64,000 nt of DNA from Hyaloraphidium curvatum SAG 235-1 (Eukaryota > Fungi > Monoblepharomycota): contig JAIVFI010000029.1 in the NCBI GenBank assembly GCA_025558095.1, forward strand, positions 1 through 64,000, given 5' to 3'. Below the pieces are notes generated by a model. That model did not search any database, had not been told where the DNA came from, and saw only the letters and a program-made list of their open reading frames with translations. The translations under genes were made by a program, and so were the position numbers. Every line of letters begins with the position of its first letter. The first letter of the stretch is position 1. Positions 46,687-59,196 of the stretch are shown one piece after another.

Positions 46687-48315
46687 TCACTTCCCCTCCA
46701 GCGCCTCCTTCACCGCCTCCCCGAGCCTCCGCACCCCTTCCACCAGGTCCTCCTCCTTGTAGTACGTGAAGGCGATCCGGAAGCATTCCGCGCTGACCTT
46801 GCCGCCCAGCAGGCCCGGATCTTCGGGGCCGCCGGGGAAGTCGGGCAGCGGGGAGAACCTGCGCGGGACGGCGGTCAGTCGACAGGCGACGAGGAGGGGG
46901 GGAAGGCATACCAGACGCCGGGCGACATGGAGACGCCCTTGGAGATGCACCTCCGCCGCAGGTCCACGGTGTCCACGCCCGGCACCCTCAGGAACAGGAA
47001 GAAGCCTCCGAACCGCGGCGGCGAAACCAGGTACTCGTCCAGCCCCTCCTTCTCCAGCGAACCGAGCACCGCCGCCAGCCGCGCCGAGTACGCTTCCCTG
47101 GCCCTGGCGATGTGCCGCCGGAGGAGCGGGGTGCGGAGGAGGGGGAGGAGGAGGGAGGCGAGGAGGTGCTGCGGGGCGCCACCCGAGGCGAGGAGGCCGG
47201 AGCCGTTGAGGCGGGAGATGATGGCGGAGGAGGACTCGACCCAGCCCATTCGGGACTGCCGCGAACATGGTGAGAAGGAGGTGCCCAAAGACGAGGAAGA
47301 AACCAACCCCGGGGCCAAAGAGCTTCGAGAAAGAGCCGTTCGAGATGACCCGCCCGGATCGAGGCTCGGAGTTGCGCGTGGGGAGGTCGTAAGCCAAGAG
47401 GCGAGGAGGTTGAGGCTCGGGATCGGCACCCTTGGCCGGCGTGACGTTGGGATATGGCAGTAGGTCGTATACTGTGGGTGCATTGACCGTGACGGCGTCA
47501 GACGTGGTCGCAACCTCTGACGTCCGCGCCGCGCCCCCACCATCGTCGCAGACAACCAGAACGCCGTACTGGTACGCCAGCTCAACCACCCTTGCCCTCG
47601 AGTCGGACGGCATCGTCCCGCCCGTCGGGTTGTTGTAGGTCGGATTGCAGTACAGCATGAACGGGAACCGATCCTTTGCCGGGTCGAACTTGGCGCGGTC
47701 GTACTTCTTGGCCTCGGGCCTCGCGGCCAGGCCTGCAAGGGTCCGTTCGAGCTCGCCGACGTCGATGCCGCGTCCAGGCCGCTGACGAACGCCGTAGGCT
47801 TCGAAGCCGCCCAAGACTTCCTTGATCGAGGCCCAGGCGAGGAAGTAGGTGGGGTCCTCCATGAGCACGACTGACTGCTTGTCCAGGAAGAGGGCGCACA
47901 CGTTGAAGAGCGACTGCGAGGCACCGGCCGTGAGGGCCAGCGACGCCGCCGTGGTCGGGAGGAAGGGCGGGAGCGACGATGGCGCGCCGTCCTTGGCCGA
48001 CGGGTCGACCTTCGCGTACTCCTCGGCGAGGAACCCCGATAGCGCCTCCAGCACCGACGCGTGGCCCAGCTGCGGCCCGTACTGCGCAAAGTCCACCGCG
48101 CGCGTCTTTCCGGCGTCCGCATCGAGCTCGCCCGAGCCGTCCCACGCGGCGGCCCACGCGTCGCGGACCAGCGCGGCGGGGAGCAGGTCGTCCGACGGCG
48201 CGCCCACGGCGAGGTTGACCAAGCCCGCGGGGGTCACGCCCGAGAAGAGCGTGGTCGCCCGCGCTTCGGACAGCGCCGCGAGCGCGGTGAGCGACGAGGC
48301 TTCGGCCGCCGTCAT
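46687..48315 (-). CDS. PLP-dependent class I/II aminotransferase (aromatic/aminoadipate type)
   Basis: QYG, TAGASQ, EDPTY, PTYNNPTG, CDD|VYD, SFSKLFGPG|RMGW and FRIAF; short in-frame introns. Confidence 0.9.
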   Translation of the reverse strand: MTAAEASSLTALAALSEARATTLFSGVTPAGLVNLAVGAPSDDLLPAALVRDAWAAAWDGSGELDADAGKTRAVDFAQYGPQLGHASVLEALSGFLAEEYAKVDPSAKDGAPSSLPPFLPTTAASLALTAGASQSLFNVCALFLDKQSVVLMEDPTYFLAWASIKEVLGGFEAYGVRQRPGRGIDVGELERTLAGLAARPEAKKYDRAKFDPAKDRFPFMLYCNPTYNNPTGGTMPSDSRARVVELAYQYGVLVVCDDGGGAARTSEVATTSDAVTVNAPTVYDLLPYPNVTPAKGADPEPQPPRLLAYDLPTRNSEPRSGRVISNGSFSKLFGPGVGFFLVFGHLLLTMFAAVPNGLGRVLLRHHLPPQRLRPPRLGWRPAAPPRLPPPPPPPHPAPPAAHRQGQGSVLGAAGGGARFAGEGGAGRVPGFAAAVRRLLPVPEGAGRGHRGPAAEVHLQGRLHVARRLVCLPPLLVACRLTAVPRRFSPLPDFPGGPEDPGLLGGKVSAECFRIAFTYYKEEDLVEGVRRLGEAVKEALEGK

Positions 48316-48477
48316 CTCGGACTGGGCGGGAGACGCGTTGTTTGCCCTTTGTTTCCCTGCCTCCCGTTTTGACCGTTTGACGCTGCACGGACCTGGAAGC
48401 GTCCATTCTCTGTGACAAATCAATACGCTCTCACCTCTTTGGATACAAAGATCTGTCCACTCTTGGGCCTGTTGGCC

Positions 48478-49492
48478 TCAAAACTCGCCGCGTTCCGTTG
48501 CTCCCGCAGCCGGACCTCCCTCCGCGACTCCGATCGCATCGTTCATGTCTATTTCGGGTCTTGATTCGAGAACCTCCTCAAGTCGATCCAATCCGCCGTT
48601 AACAAAGCAGCTGTTCATCTTCAGGTCCCAGATGTCAAGCTCCTTGAGGTTCGGCGGGAAACCGTGGTCGGCTATGATGTTCGAAAAAATGACACCAATC
48701 TCGAGCTTCGCGACCGATTCCAACCCGACCATGGCGGCGTACGTCTCCGGCTCCGTCTCGGTCTCGTCCCCATCCCTCAGTCGTCGCGAACCAAATCCCG
48801 ACCTCGCGCGGTTGGAAGGAGTTATGTTCGCAGGCATTCCAGAAAGTTTCCTGGCTGTAAATGAACCAGGAGGTGATCTTGAGCACGAGATCGGGGCCCA
48901 GGTACGCGATCACGTCAAAATCGTCGCCGCCGTCCACGTTCAGGACCAGGTCCTCGAGCTCCGTGCTGCGAGCCACTATGTTCTTCAGGAAGAGAGTGAG
49001 GTAATCGGTGGTATCAGACCAGTGCTCCAGACGCTGGAGGTAAGGAAAGTCGAAGTCCGGCTACGGGTCTCCCCTAGTCTTCCGAATGTCGTCCCATATG
49101 CAGAGGTCCTGCACGGTCTGGCCAACAGCTTTCAGAAATGCGCACAGAGCCTCTTCGGACTTGAAATGAAGTTCCGCCGACCGCAGCTTCGGTGCATTCG
49201 AGAAGAACCTCACGAAGCTCGGAACGCATTAGTCCACCCAGCAATCCAAGCCGACTCGTGCGCGACGGACGTGTCCACTCCACCCTCGTTCCTTCCAATG
49301 CTCGAGGTTGCTCACCAGGGGGCGTCTCGAATCCGAGTCGGTTTACACGAACTCTGAGAAGGCGAGCGGCGCCAGCAGCTGCAGCGTGTCCCGCGAAGCC
49401 CGCGCGCAATCCAGCTCCCAGCGGCGGGGCAGGAACTCTGCAACGCGGTAGAGGATTTCGGGCGGGAGCTCGAAGGCCGCCGGCAGCTCCAT
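48478..49492 (-). pseudogene. F-box-like/LRR family pseudogene
   Basis: MELPAAFELPPEILYRVAEFLPRR...SEFV* followed by broken frames similar to 40054-41142. Confidence 0.75.
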
Positions 49493-49669
49493 GGCGGTGA
49501 GTCGTCGGACATAACGCCCTGGGCATCACCGCCGTCAAATCTTTCGCACTTCCTTCCTACCCTGAACATTGGATACCATTCACTGCACTATTGCAGCCGC
49601 CTAGACGCTCATCTTCGCTCAGCCGTGCGACTAGATACTTTGCCCGAACGAGCCGCGGGCATCACCCAT

Positions 49670-51586
49670 TCAGCCACCACCCCGAGCCCGCCGGATCATC
49701 TCGCACTCGGTCGCTTTCCCCTCCCTCCTCGCGCACCTGGCTCCATGGATCCCGTACGCGCCCTTGTGGTCCGCCTTCTGGCACTCCGCCGAGCAGTACG
49801 CCACCGCCGCCGACCTGCACGCCCCGCACCGCTTGAGCCTCTCGATCCCCGCCTGCTTCGCGGACTTGCCGCACGACAGGCAGCGGAGCTTGCTCCAGAA
49901 GGCCTCCTTCGGCCCGGCCTTAGCCAGTGGCTTCTCGTGGCCCCCGATCGCCTGGAAGTTGCTTGCGAGGAAGCCGTAGCGGCGCATGGCGCTCTCTACG
50001 CGAGCCTTGGTGACCGCGGGGTCCTGCGCGCTCTTCAAATCGTCGCCCAGGATCCAGCGCCCGTCGCCGAGGGGTTCCTTGGTGAGTTCGCGTTCGAAGA
50101 TCTGCTCCAGGACTCAGTTCCATCTTCTTGGGATCGGTGACCCCGGCGTGGTGCATCGACGACATGCATCCCTGCAGCGTGTCGGCGGCTTTCTAGCCCG
50201 CGCCGGTGGCCTCGGGGGCGGTCGACCCCCTGGCCAGAGTCTCGAGCTCGCCGAGAGCCATCATCATGCCACGGGCTCCCTTGGCGCTGCCCGAGGCGAT
50301 CATTGAGTCGTAGACGCGGAACAGATCCTCGCACGGCTCTACCCGGACGCCCTGGAGCACCTTCGCGACCTGCTCCACGGGGACACCAGTGTCCTTGGCC
50401 AGCAGACGCTTCTCGTAGCCGTGCAGCTCCGACCCGCTCGCGCGATCGAGGCCCAGTCCCTCGAGGTCCGTCAGCAGCTCGTCGATGTCCTCGACCTTGT
50501 TCAGTCCCGCGAGCCGCTTCTGCATCCATTCCTGCCACTTGGCCTCGTCGCGGGGGAGCCCGTTCCCGTCGTGGAAGCTTTTGGCGATGTTGTGGGCCGC
50601 CTCGGCGTGGCCATAGTCGTAGGCCCTGAACCAGAACTCGTTGGCCTTCTTGGGATCCGAGGGCTGGCCCTTGAAGCCGCTGGTGGGAGGCGAAGATCAG
50701 ATCGGCTGCATTCCGTGACCGGCGAAGATGTCATCACGTACTTTATGATCAAAACTCCCATGTTGTGCCACGCTTCGCCGACCGTGCCGCGGTCCTCGGG
50801 GTTCTGCGAGCCAAAGTCCGCGGCTCGCCCATAAGCTGCGAACGCCTCCGCCGAAGCTTGGTCCTCCGGTATGCCGACCTCGAGGCCGAACAGGGCTGAG
50901 CCGAGCAGCGACTCCCCGACGCACATGTAGTGCCGCACCCTCGCCCTCTCCCCGGCATAGTCGGCGACGTCGACACCCGGCGGGCCGAACCCGTTGCGGG
51001 CCCTCTCTTCGCTCCGCGCGAGGACCTTGGACGACTCGCCGAGCGCCTTCAGAAACCGCCGCACGAGGCCAATAAACTCCTTGCCGTCTTGGCCCTTGGT
51101 CTGAAGGTCCTTGGAGGCCACGAGCCAGCAGTCCAGCGCCTGCTGCGAATCCTTGTTCTCGTCGGGCCCATAATCGCCGCTCTCCAGCACCCTCAGCGCC
51201 ATCTCTGTGGCCTTGAGGGCAACGTCCTTGGCCATCACGAGATCCTTGGCGATGCCCAGCCGGCCGAAGAGCGTGAAGTAGGCCAGCGTCACCGCCGAAG
51301 GCACGCGGCGGGCCTTGATCCCGGCGTCGAGCGCGGTCCTCCCGAAGCGGACGGCCTCGGGCGACGTCGGGCTGGCAGCGAGCGGAAGCACGCTGACATG
51401 GACACCAGCGGGAACTGCGGGAGCGTATCCGATGTAATGGGCCAGACCGTGGAGCTCGAAGAGGTCCGAAGGGGCGTCGGTGGAGAGCACGCCGACGCCG
51501 GCCTGGCGCACGGGAGCGGCGCACGAAGAGCAGAGCCTTTCGCGCGTGCACCGTAGGCAGCGGCGCGGCAGGACGTAGCCGGGCAT
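49670..51586 (-). pseudogene. SEL1-repeat plus MYND gene, probably disabled
   Basis: SEL1-like units (AWHNMG, KANEFWFRAYDYGHAEAAHNIA..HDGNG) and a C-terminal MYND. An in-frame TAG lies at 50193-50195 and an apparent frameshift near 50115. Confidence 0.7.
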
Positions 51587-52021
51587 CGCGGGAGGCCGGG
51601 GTGGAGTTGTGATTGCGTGTCGGTCGTCTGGAGGAAAGCCGCTCGCCGCTCGAGTGAGCCACTCGACCTAGCCGGGGGACAATTGAAGGTCTCCCAAAGC
51701 ACCAAAGCACGAGAAATGAAGCGTTTGATGCCACATCTAAGCAACCTGGTCTTTCACAGCAGACTCCAACGTTTGCGTAACCCATCTCGAGTAGGACGTC
51801 GACATCCGCACTTCGGTTCTAGGACGCAGCTGTAGGCGCCGGATCGAAGGCCAGAATATTGAAGGCAGCCTAAAGGAGGATATTAGTGACGTGATTGGAA
51901 AGAGCGCGCTGGATGCACGCGAGGGTACAAAGCGGGTAGGGGAGTTCGTGTGTTCCGGCGAGGACGTCATGTGATCTGTCGACCTTTCGCCAACGTCTCC
52001 CGAACGAAATCCCAATTTGCA

Positions 52022-53526
52022 ATGGAAGCCGACGCCGATTTTCAGTCCGCGGAATGGCTGGCACTGTTCCCCGCGCCGGCCCCGTCTCTCCCGGCTTTCG
52101 GGGACGACGCCGCGCCGCCCGCCCCGGACGGCGCGGCGCGCGCCGCGGACCCGTTGACGGCGGACGGCATGCTGCGCGACCTCGGCGGGGCCGCGAGGAT
52201 TGCCGTGTGGCCCGCGCTGCGCGTTGGGTTCCCAGTGACGGGGTGGTTCGGCCGCTGGTTCGTCGTCGCCACGGTCGCCGTTGGAGAAGCCTTGGCGCTC
52301 GCGCTGCTCGGGCTCTCGATCCCGCTCGCGGGTGGCCAGTTCGCCGCCAAGGATATCGGAATCGGCATGGCGGCCGTCGCCTTCCTCTACGCCTCCAACT
52401 TCGGGATCTACACGGTTTCGCGCCCCATCTTTGGCACCGACTTTGCCGGGACAGGGGTCCTGGAGTCCAGCTCTCCCGGCGCCCTGTTCCGGTGGCTGCG
52501 TCTCGTTCGCGCTCCCGCCGACAAAGAGAAGGGATCGACGGGGTCGCTTTCGGCCCACGTGCCCGGCGACGAGGCATGCCCGTGCTGGAGCTGTTGCAAC
52601 TGGGTTCAGAACACCGCGGGTTTCCTTTCGATCCTGGATGCCGCGCTTTCCGTGCTGTCGGTGTCGTGTGCTCTCCTTTTGCCAACCTACACCCCGCTGG
52701 TGTCCTATAGTTCCACGTTCTGGACCACCTACCGTTCCTTCGTCGGTTCTTTGTACGTTGCGAGCGTACTTGCGTTCGACATGATGCTTCCGACGCGGGC
52801 CTTCCTTTACTGAAACATCGCCTACAGCACACTGGAGCAGCGCCTTCACTGCCGCGCTGTCAGTATCGCCATAGAAGACCTGCTGGGCCGGTTCCGAGCC
52901 GCCGCAGCCAACGGAGAGCCTCCTCCGGTGCTCAAGTCCTGGCTTTACGTGCGACTGCACTACCGCTTTGCGGCCATGTGCCGCTTCAGGCGCAGGCAGG
53001 ACTCGCTCCTTATCTCGCGTCTTCTGGGGCTTGTGCAAGTGCCCGGCATGGTCGTGTTTGTCGTTCTTTCCGTGGTTCGTGCTCCCCGACACCGCTTGGC
53101 GAAGATCCCTCACTGATTCGCCCCCTTTGGCAGGCCGTCGGCCGATGCCTAATTGCCTGGCAGCTCGTCTACCTCGCCTACTCCGCCTTCTACTTCACCT
53201 TTAACGGCATCACCCTCGCTTCCCGCAACGCCCTCATCGACGCCGTGGCAGGCGTGTACCGCGACGCGCAGCGCGATCTGCGCGCCCTGCAGCTCCGCAC
53301 CGGCGCGGGCGAGATGGCCTCCGAGATCGCACTGCACATAGGGGCCATCTCGTCCTTCCTCGAGATTTCGCACCACCGTGCGAGGCTTTTCGGGTTCGTC
53401 GTCTCGTACGGCACCGTCAGGACCATGCTGGTCACGGGCTTGACCGTCTGCGTCGCGCTCTGGACCGTGTTCCGGTCCCTCGGGGTTTTCGTAACCCTGG
53501 AGAGCTTTTGCCCCACGGGATTGTGA
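52022..53526 (+). pseudogene. 7-TM GRL/DUF3537-like protein, disabled copy B
   Basis: In-frame TGA at 52811-52813 where copy A has GGA; otherwise colinear. Confidence 0.8.
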
Positions 53527-53840
53527 GGCCGTCTCTTCCATCAGGCAGCGTGTTAGGGTGCGAGCGGATAGGAGATTGGCACGCGACCCGCGGGCCGGTC
53601 ACTCGCCGCCGGACGCCGGCGGCCGAAGCTATTGGGCACCTGTCCTCTCATCATTACGGAGCCCGCATAGAGCCAGAAACAGTCTTTGCTCCCTTCCGCA
53701 TCCGGTGACCCTGTAGCGTCCATCGGCCTCAAAGAATACCAGCAGTCTTGGCGGCCAGGAACCCCGCCCCGCCATCGATCAGGCCGACTGCGGCCACGGA
53801 GCCGGCGGGAACCTTTCCGCGCAGGTACTAAGTCGATTGC

Positions 53841-54910
53841 TCAATCTTCCAGGAGCTCCGTCAATACCGAGAAAGCATTTTTGGATCGGCTGCGCCAGAG
53901 CTCGAGCTCACTCCCATCCCCCGATACCTCCGGATCGGCAGTGACTTGCGCGGAACCTATGCGGATTCGGAGTCCAGGACGCGAATCGAGCAGCGCACGG
54001 AGCCTCTCCAAACCGCCGGCCACGGTGTCGGCATCCAGCTTGACCCGGTCCAGGTAAAGGTCCTCGAGCAGCGGCGGCAGACCGCTCTCCGTGAGCGAGA
54101 TGGATCCCAAGGGAAGCTCCAGGGATACGACGGAAGGAAGTGCCGCGCGACGGAAGCGAGTGTCTCGGGGTCCACAATCACATAGTCATCCTCGTCCGGT
54201 TGGAAGTCCAGGCCGAAGTCCATAGCAATCTTGCGAGGTCGGAAGGCACTGGTCGAACAAAATTCAACGAAATGGTCCTGGTTCCTCAGCGTCCACGTCG
54301 TGATCTTTCCCGCGACCTCTTCGAAAAAGAAGCCGTCGAAACCGTGGAGGAAGCCCGTTTCGAGGTTGAGCGAAACCGTCTCGAGGTTGCTACTGTTGCA
54401 CACGATCCTGTGCACGATATTGTCTTTATCGTCGTAAACGTTGGACGGGAACTCCAAGCGCCGCAGGTTGGGGAACGCCATTGGCTCTTCCTCCCACTGC
54501 TCCGGACAGTTGGTGATATCGTTCACCTGCAGCGCGACGATGCTGCGGGGCAGGGCAGCCAGAACAGTCTCCAGAATGTCGCGTTCGCCCTCAAAGTATA
54601 GCTTCGCGGTCTCCAGCTTCGACGCGTTTGCGAGCACGCGGAGAACCAGACCCATGCAGTCCTCGTTGACTTCCGCCTCGAAGCGCCGCACGTGGCGGAA
54701 CCACCTGAGCCGCTCCCACAGGTCAATGCGCAACGCCCAGGGCGGCGACCGGAAGTTAGTCCTTTTGAACGCCGAGAAGGCGAGTGGGGCAAGGAGCTCG
54801 AAGGAGCTACGCGATGCGCGCGCGAACTCGAGCTGCCGCCGCCGCGGAAGGAACTCAGCGATGCGATAGATGAGCTCGGCAGGCAGTTCGGGCGCGTCTT
54901 CGTTCTCCAT
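53841..54910 (-). pseudogene. F-box-like/LRR family gene, frameshifted
   Basis: LPAELIYRIAEFLPRR start. After about 54130 the paralog-like tail (GLPPLLEDLYL) is in another frame. Confidence 0.72.
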
Positions 54911-55070
54911 GGCGGCGCTCGGGGGCCGAATGTCGCAGAGAAGTGGTGGGACGCAAGGCCCAAGACTTGTCTTTTGTCAGGTTTGCTTGACTCCTCGTCG
55001 GGTCCGCGGGACTCGCGTCGCTCCATATCCATCCATGACGACTTTCGCTCGGTCTCGCCGTTCGGAGAGT

Positions 55071-55114
55071 TGCACGCTCAAGATCTGCGTGCTGCATGCT
55101 CAAGTTCTGCGTGC
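55071..55114. repeat. 2 x 22-bp imperfect tandem repeat
   Basis: tgcacgctcaagatctgcgtgc followed by tgcatgctcaagttctgcgtgc. Confidence 0.7.
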
Positions 55115-55646
55115 TCACCCCTCTGGACGCTGGGAGCAGCGGTGCTTCCTTTCGTGAGTCACGAGCTCCATCGCGGGGCCCTCGCAGATGCTGATCAGGT
55201 TCGTTCGCTCCAGGAGCCTACCCCCGATCGAGGTCCAAATCTCCTCCCAACGACTCCCCCTTCTGTTGCGGATGGCGCGAGGGTCCGCTGAGGCCGACTA
55301 GGGCGGAGGAAGTGACGGTTGTGTCGGGGCGGTCGCGGCGAGGGATTTGGTCGGGGGCGGTATCTTTGGAGAGTGGCTCTGAGCCTTGCGACATAGTCGC
55401 CCTTGTTTGTTGTATGACAATTGGACAGTCCACTCTTGGTGACTGGATCTATAGGTCCACACCGCCCGCTCAACTCATGTCGTCCTCTCCGTTGACCCGA
55501 TCGGTCTAACTCGGACAACGTGAGGCCACGGATGCACAAGTCATAGGTAAACTCCAACCCTACGGAACTAGCTTTGCCATACCCTCGCACCCCAGCAATA
55601 CGATCCAACAGCTCGGCCGCCAAACACAGCTCGACCCCGGAAACGC

Positions 55647-57734
55647 CTATGCGGTGTCAAGGTACGGCTCGGGCAGGATCCCCTCGAGTGCGCCCTTGAT
55701 CTGCAGCGCCAAAAACTTGGAGTAGTAGCGCTGCTGGCTCGTGAACCCGCCCATGACCCAGAAGTTGTCCACGTCGCGTTGCCGCTTCCAAAGCCCGCGG
55801 ACCTCGCCCTCGGCGTCGACGCACCAGGTCGCGTCCATCCGCTTCCCGATCTCCTCCCCGCCCTTGCCGAACGCCCGCGCGGCCACGTTCCGCGCGTTCT
55901 TGTCCGAGAACCCCGTGGCCCACAGGATCGCGTCGGTCTCGATCTCGGACCCGTCGTTCATCTTGAGCCCCTTGGCGGTGTAGGCGACGGGGAACACGCC
56001 GCTCTTCACGGCGACCTTGCCCTCGGCGATCATCTCGGTGGCGCCAGGCATCTGCACGTAGTGCCCCCCCGCGCGCTCCAGCAGGTTGTGCATGATGTCG
56101 CCGCCCACGTCGACGACCTGCAGCCCCTTCTCGCGGACGCTCTTGAACCGGTCGGGCTCGGCCGAGGCGAGCTGGTAGTGCAGGCCGTTGGCCAGCTGCG
56201 CGCCGACCGAGAGCGGACCGCCCATGGTGATCTTGTCGACCACGTCGGCGGGGAGGTGGTCGTACATCCCGAAGCCCTGCGGGTGGTCCAGGCTGCGGTC
56301 GGCGCGGGCGTGTGAGCTCCCGGCGCCAAGCAAGCGAGAAAGGGTCCACGCACTACTCGGCAGGGATGATGTAGGTCGGGGCCCTCTGCACCATCGTCGT
56401 CTGCAGCCCCGCGTGGGCGCAATCCTCCATGAGGTCGAAGCCGGTGTTGGCCGACCCCACCACAACGGCCGATTTGGCGCCCTTGGCGGCGATCTCCTTG
56501 GCGTTCTTGTACCCGCTCGAGTGCAGCTCGATCCTCTTGTAGGCGCCCTTGTTCTCGAGCTCGGGCACGTACGGCTCGCGCGAGCCGATCCCCGTCGCCT
56601 GGACGAGGTGCTTGGCGCGCACGGTCTTGGGCCCGACCGGGGTGTTGATCTGCATCACCCAGCGCTTAGATCCCTCGTCCCACGTGGTCGAGGCGACGGT
56701 GGTCGACAGCATGACGTTGATTCCTAGCTGCGTGGCGAGGATCTCGACCTGGTCCGCGAGGTGGTCGCGGGTCATCATGCGGGGGACGTCCTTGGAGTAG
56801 GAGATGTAGGGTGTGTCGACGAAGCCCTTGGAGATGTGGAAGCGCATCTGGTCGTAGCTGGCGACGCGCATCAGTGGCGGCCGCCCGCGGTGGGAGTTTC
56901 GTGCTCACCGAAGGCGCCAGTTGTCGCCGTGCCTGGCGTTCTGGTCGATCACGAGGTAGTCCACACCCAACTCCTTGAGGCGCGCGCCGAGAATGATTCC
57001 CCTGCGGACCAATGGTGAGTTCCGCGAGCTATCCTGTACTCGGAGCGACCCACGAGTTGCCACCGCCGACAATGAACACGTCCGTGTCAATCTCGGCGTC
57101 CTTGCCATAGTCCTTGGGTGCTGCCTTCATCCGCTCCGGGTCCCAGCCGTGGGACGAGAAAGCCTCGAGGAAAGTGCTAAAGGTCCAAATCTTCCACCGG
57201 AAGGAGCCGTCGGCCTGCTTCTCGGGCAGCAGCATGAACATCCCGCTGCACTGCGCGTCGGGCTTGGAGGTCGCGAAGCCGCAGAAGCCGTCGATCCAGG
57301 TCTGCGGGAGGATGAGCGCATGCAGACGACCGAGGAGGCTCACGAACCAGAGTCGGCATGGCAGGAACGCAGCGCACCGTGCCCGGAATGGGCTGGAAAC
57401 CCTTGGCACCCCTCTCACCGGCCATCTTGAGCAGATTCCTGGGCGCAGCCTCCTGATAAAACGTGCGGAAATGCGCCGTGAGGGCGACGTTGTCCTTCCA
57501 GAACGATTGCTCCTTGAGGAAGCACGACGCGAGCTTGGCCTCTTCGCCCGCGGCGATGGCGGCGTCGACGGTCGCGAGCAGCTCCGAGGCAATTCTCATG
57601 GCCTCCTCGCCCGAGACTAGGCCGGCGGGGGCATCCTCCACCGCGGGGAACGGCTTGTAGATGTCCTTCCGGAGATCCGCCCTGGGCGGGTACTCTGCGT
57701 CCGCGGCCGCAACGGGCATCGTCTTGGCGGGCAT
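55647..57734 (-). CDS. Flavin-containing monooxygenase (class B), multi-exon
   Basis: IVGGGNS, GDNWRLR|YD, VQATG, HSSGYKN, VVGSANT and ILWATGF. Confidence 0.9.
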
Positions 57735-58024
57735 GTCGGCGACGGGACGTGCGAGCTCTCGATCAACTGCTTGTGGCGTGGTGTCTCCCAAGCTTCGCTT
57801 CGGTCGGGCACGTTCCAGAAGTCGTCCGGCCTCTCACTCGCCACCCGGTGGACCGCCGCCTTGCCCCCGCGCTGCTGTCTACCCCGCGCGACTGCACTTT
57901 GGGTTCGACGGAAAAGCGGCCGAACTCGCAGGACCGTTCTCGGCCGCGAAGCGAGCACCTCGGCCAACCGCGTCCCGAGCGGCCGCCATCTTCGCCACAC
58001 TCGCTTCCACGAATCAAACGCGCG

Positions 58025-58994
58025 ATGCCCGACGGGGAGGCCCTTCCCACCGCCGCGGCCGCCGGCGCGAACGCGACCGCGCACTTCCGCGCCGACAAGG
58101 CCGCTGCCGGCACCGGCGCGTCGCCCGAACGCGTGTCGGCCATTGCGAAAGAGGTTCTCGCCGCCGTGCACGCCACAATCCGCAAGCACAACGTTACCTA
58201 CGATGAGGTGGGATTAAGTTCCAATGGCGATTGTGTCCGGCATCGTCTGACTGCATTGGTCACTTTCTTCGTGGCGTCGTCGCGTCCCTCGTGCTCTCTT
58301 CGCACCTGCCAACTTTCAGTACAACGCCCTCAAGGCCTGGCTCATCAGCGTCGGAGAGACGGGCGAATGGCCGCTCGCCCTGGACGTCTGGGTCGAGCAC
58401 GTCGTCGAGGAGGTCAACTATGCCCAGCGACCCGGCAGCACCGGCACCATCGAAGGCCCCTTCTACATCCCCAACGCGCCTACGCTCCCCTCCGACGCGA
58501 AGCTGCCGATGCGCGAGGGCGAAAAGGGCACCCCGCTCGTGCTCAAGGGCACGGTGACCGGCACCGACGGCAAGCCCATCCCCGGCGCCACCCTCGAGAT
58601 CTGGTCCGCCGACGCGGACGGGTACTACTCCTCCTTTGCCCCCTCCATGCCCGAGTTCAACCTCCGCGGCACCGTCTCCGCCGCCCCTGACGGAGCTTTC
58701 CGGATCCACACGATCCGGCCGGCCCCCTACCAGATCCCCACCGACGGCCCGTGCGGCGCGCTGATCCGCGCGGCCGGGTGGCACGCATGGCGACCCGCGC
58801 ACCTGCACCTCAAGGTGCACGCGCCTGGATACGGGGCGCTGACGACGCAGCTGTACTTCCCGGGGGACCCGCATAACGGTGACGACGTGGCGTCGGCCGT
58901 CAAGCCCGCGCTGATGCTCGACCCGAAGCCGGCCAAGGTGGACGGCGGGGAGGGGCTGGAGGCGCTGTACGATTTCGTGCTGCAGAAGCTGTAG
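58025..58994 (+). CDS. catA: Intradiol catechol 1,2-dioxygenase, 2 exons
   Basis: VTYDE|Y, GEWPL, IEGPFY, DADGYY, PAPYQIP, WRPAHLH and TTQLYF. Intron 58208-58319 (GT..AG) restores the frame. Confidence 0.92.
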
Positions 58995-59196
58995 CGGGGT
59001 CTTGGACTTTGACTTGGCTCGCTGGTCATGTTCGTGTGAAGGCAAAGCAGGCAATCTATGGTGGAATCTTTGCTGCAACCTCATCGGTGAAGGGCCCGTC
59101 CCTCAAGCCGCCACTCCATCATCCTGGTCGCCTCCCCGCTTGTCCGACGAAGTATCACCTTTCTCCGACTCGGCAAACTCGTTGCCCAGCAAAACC

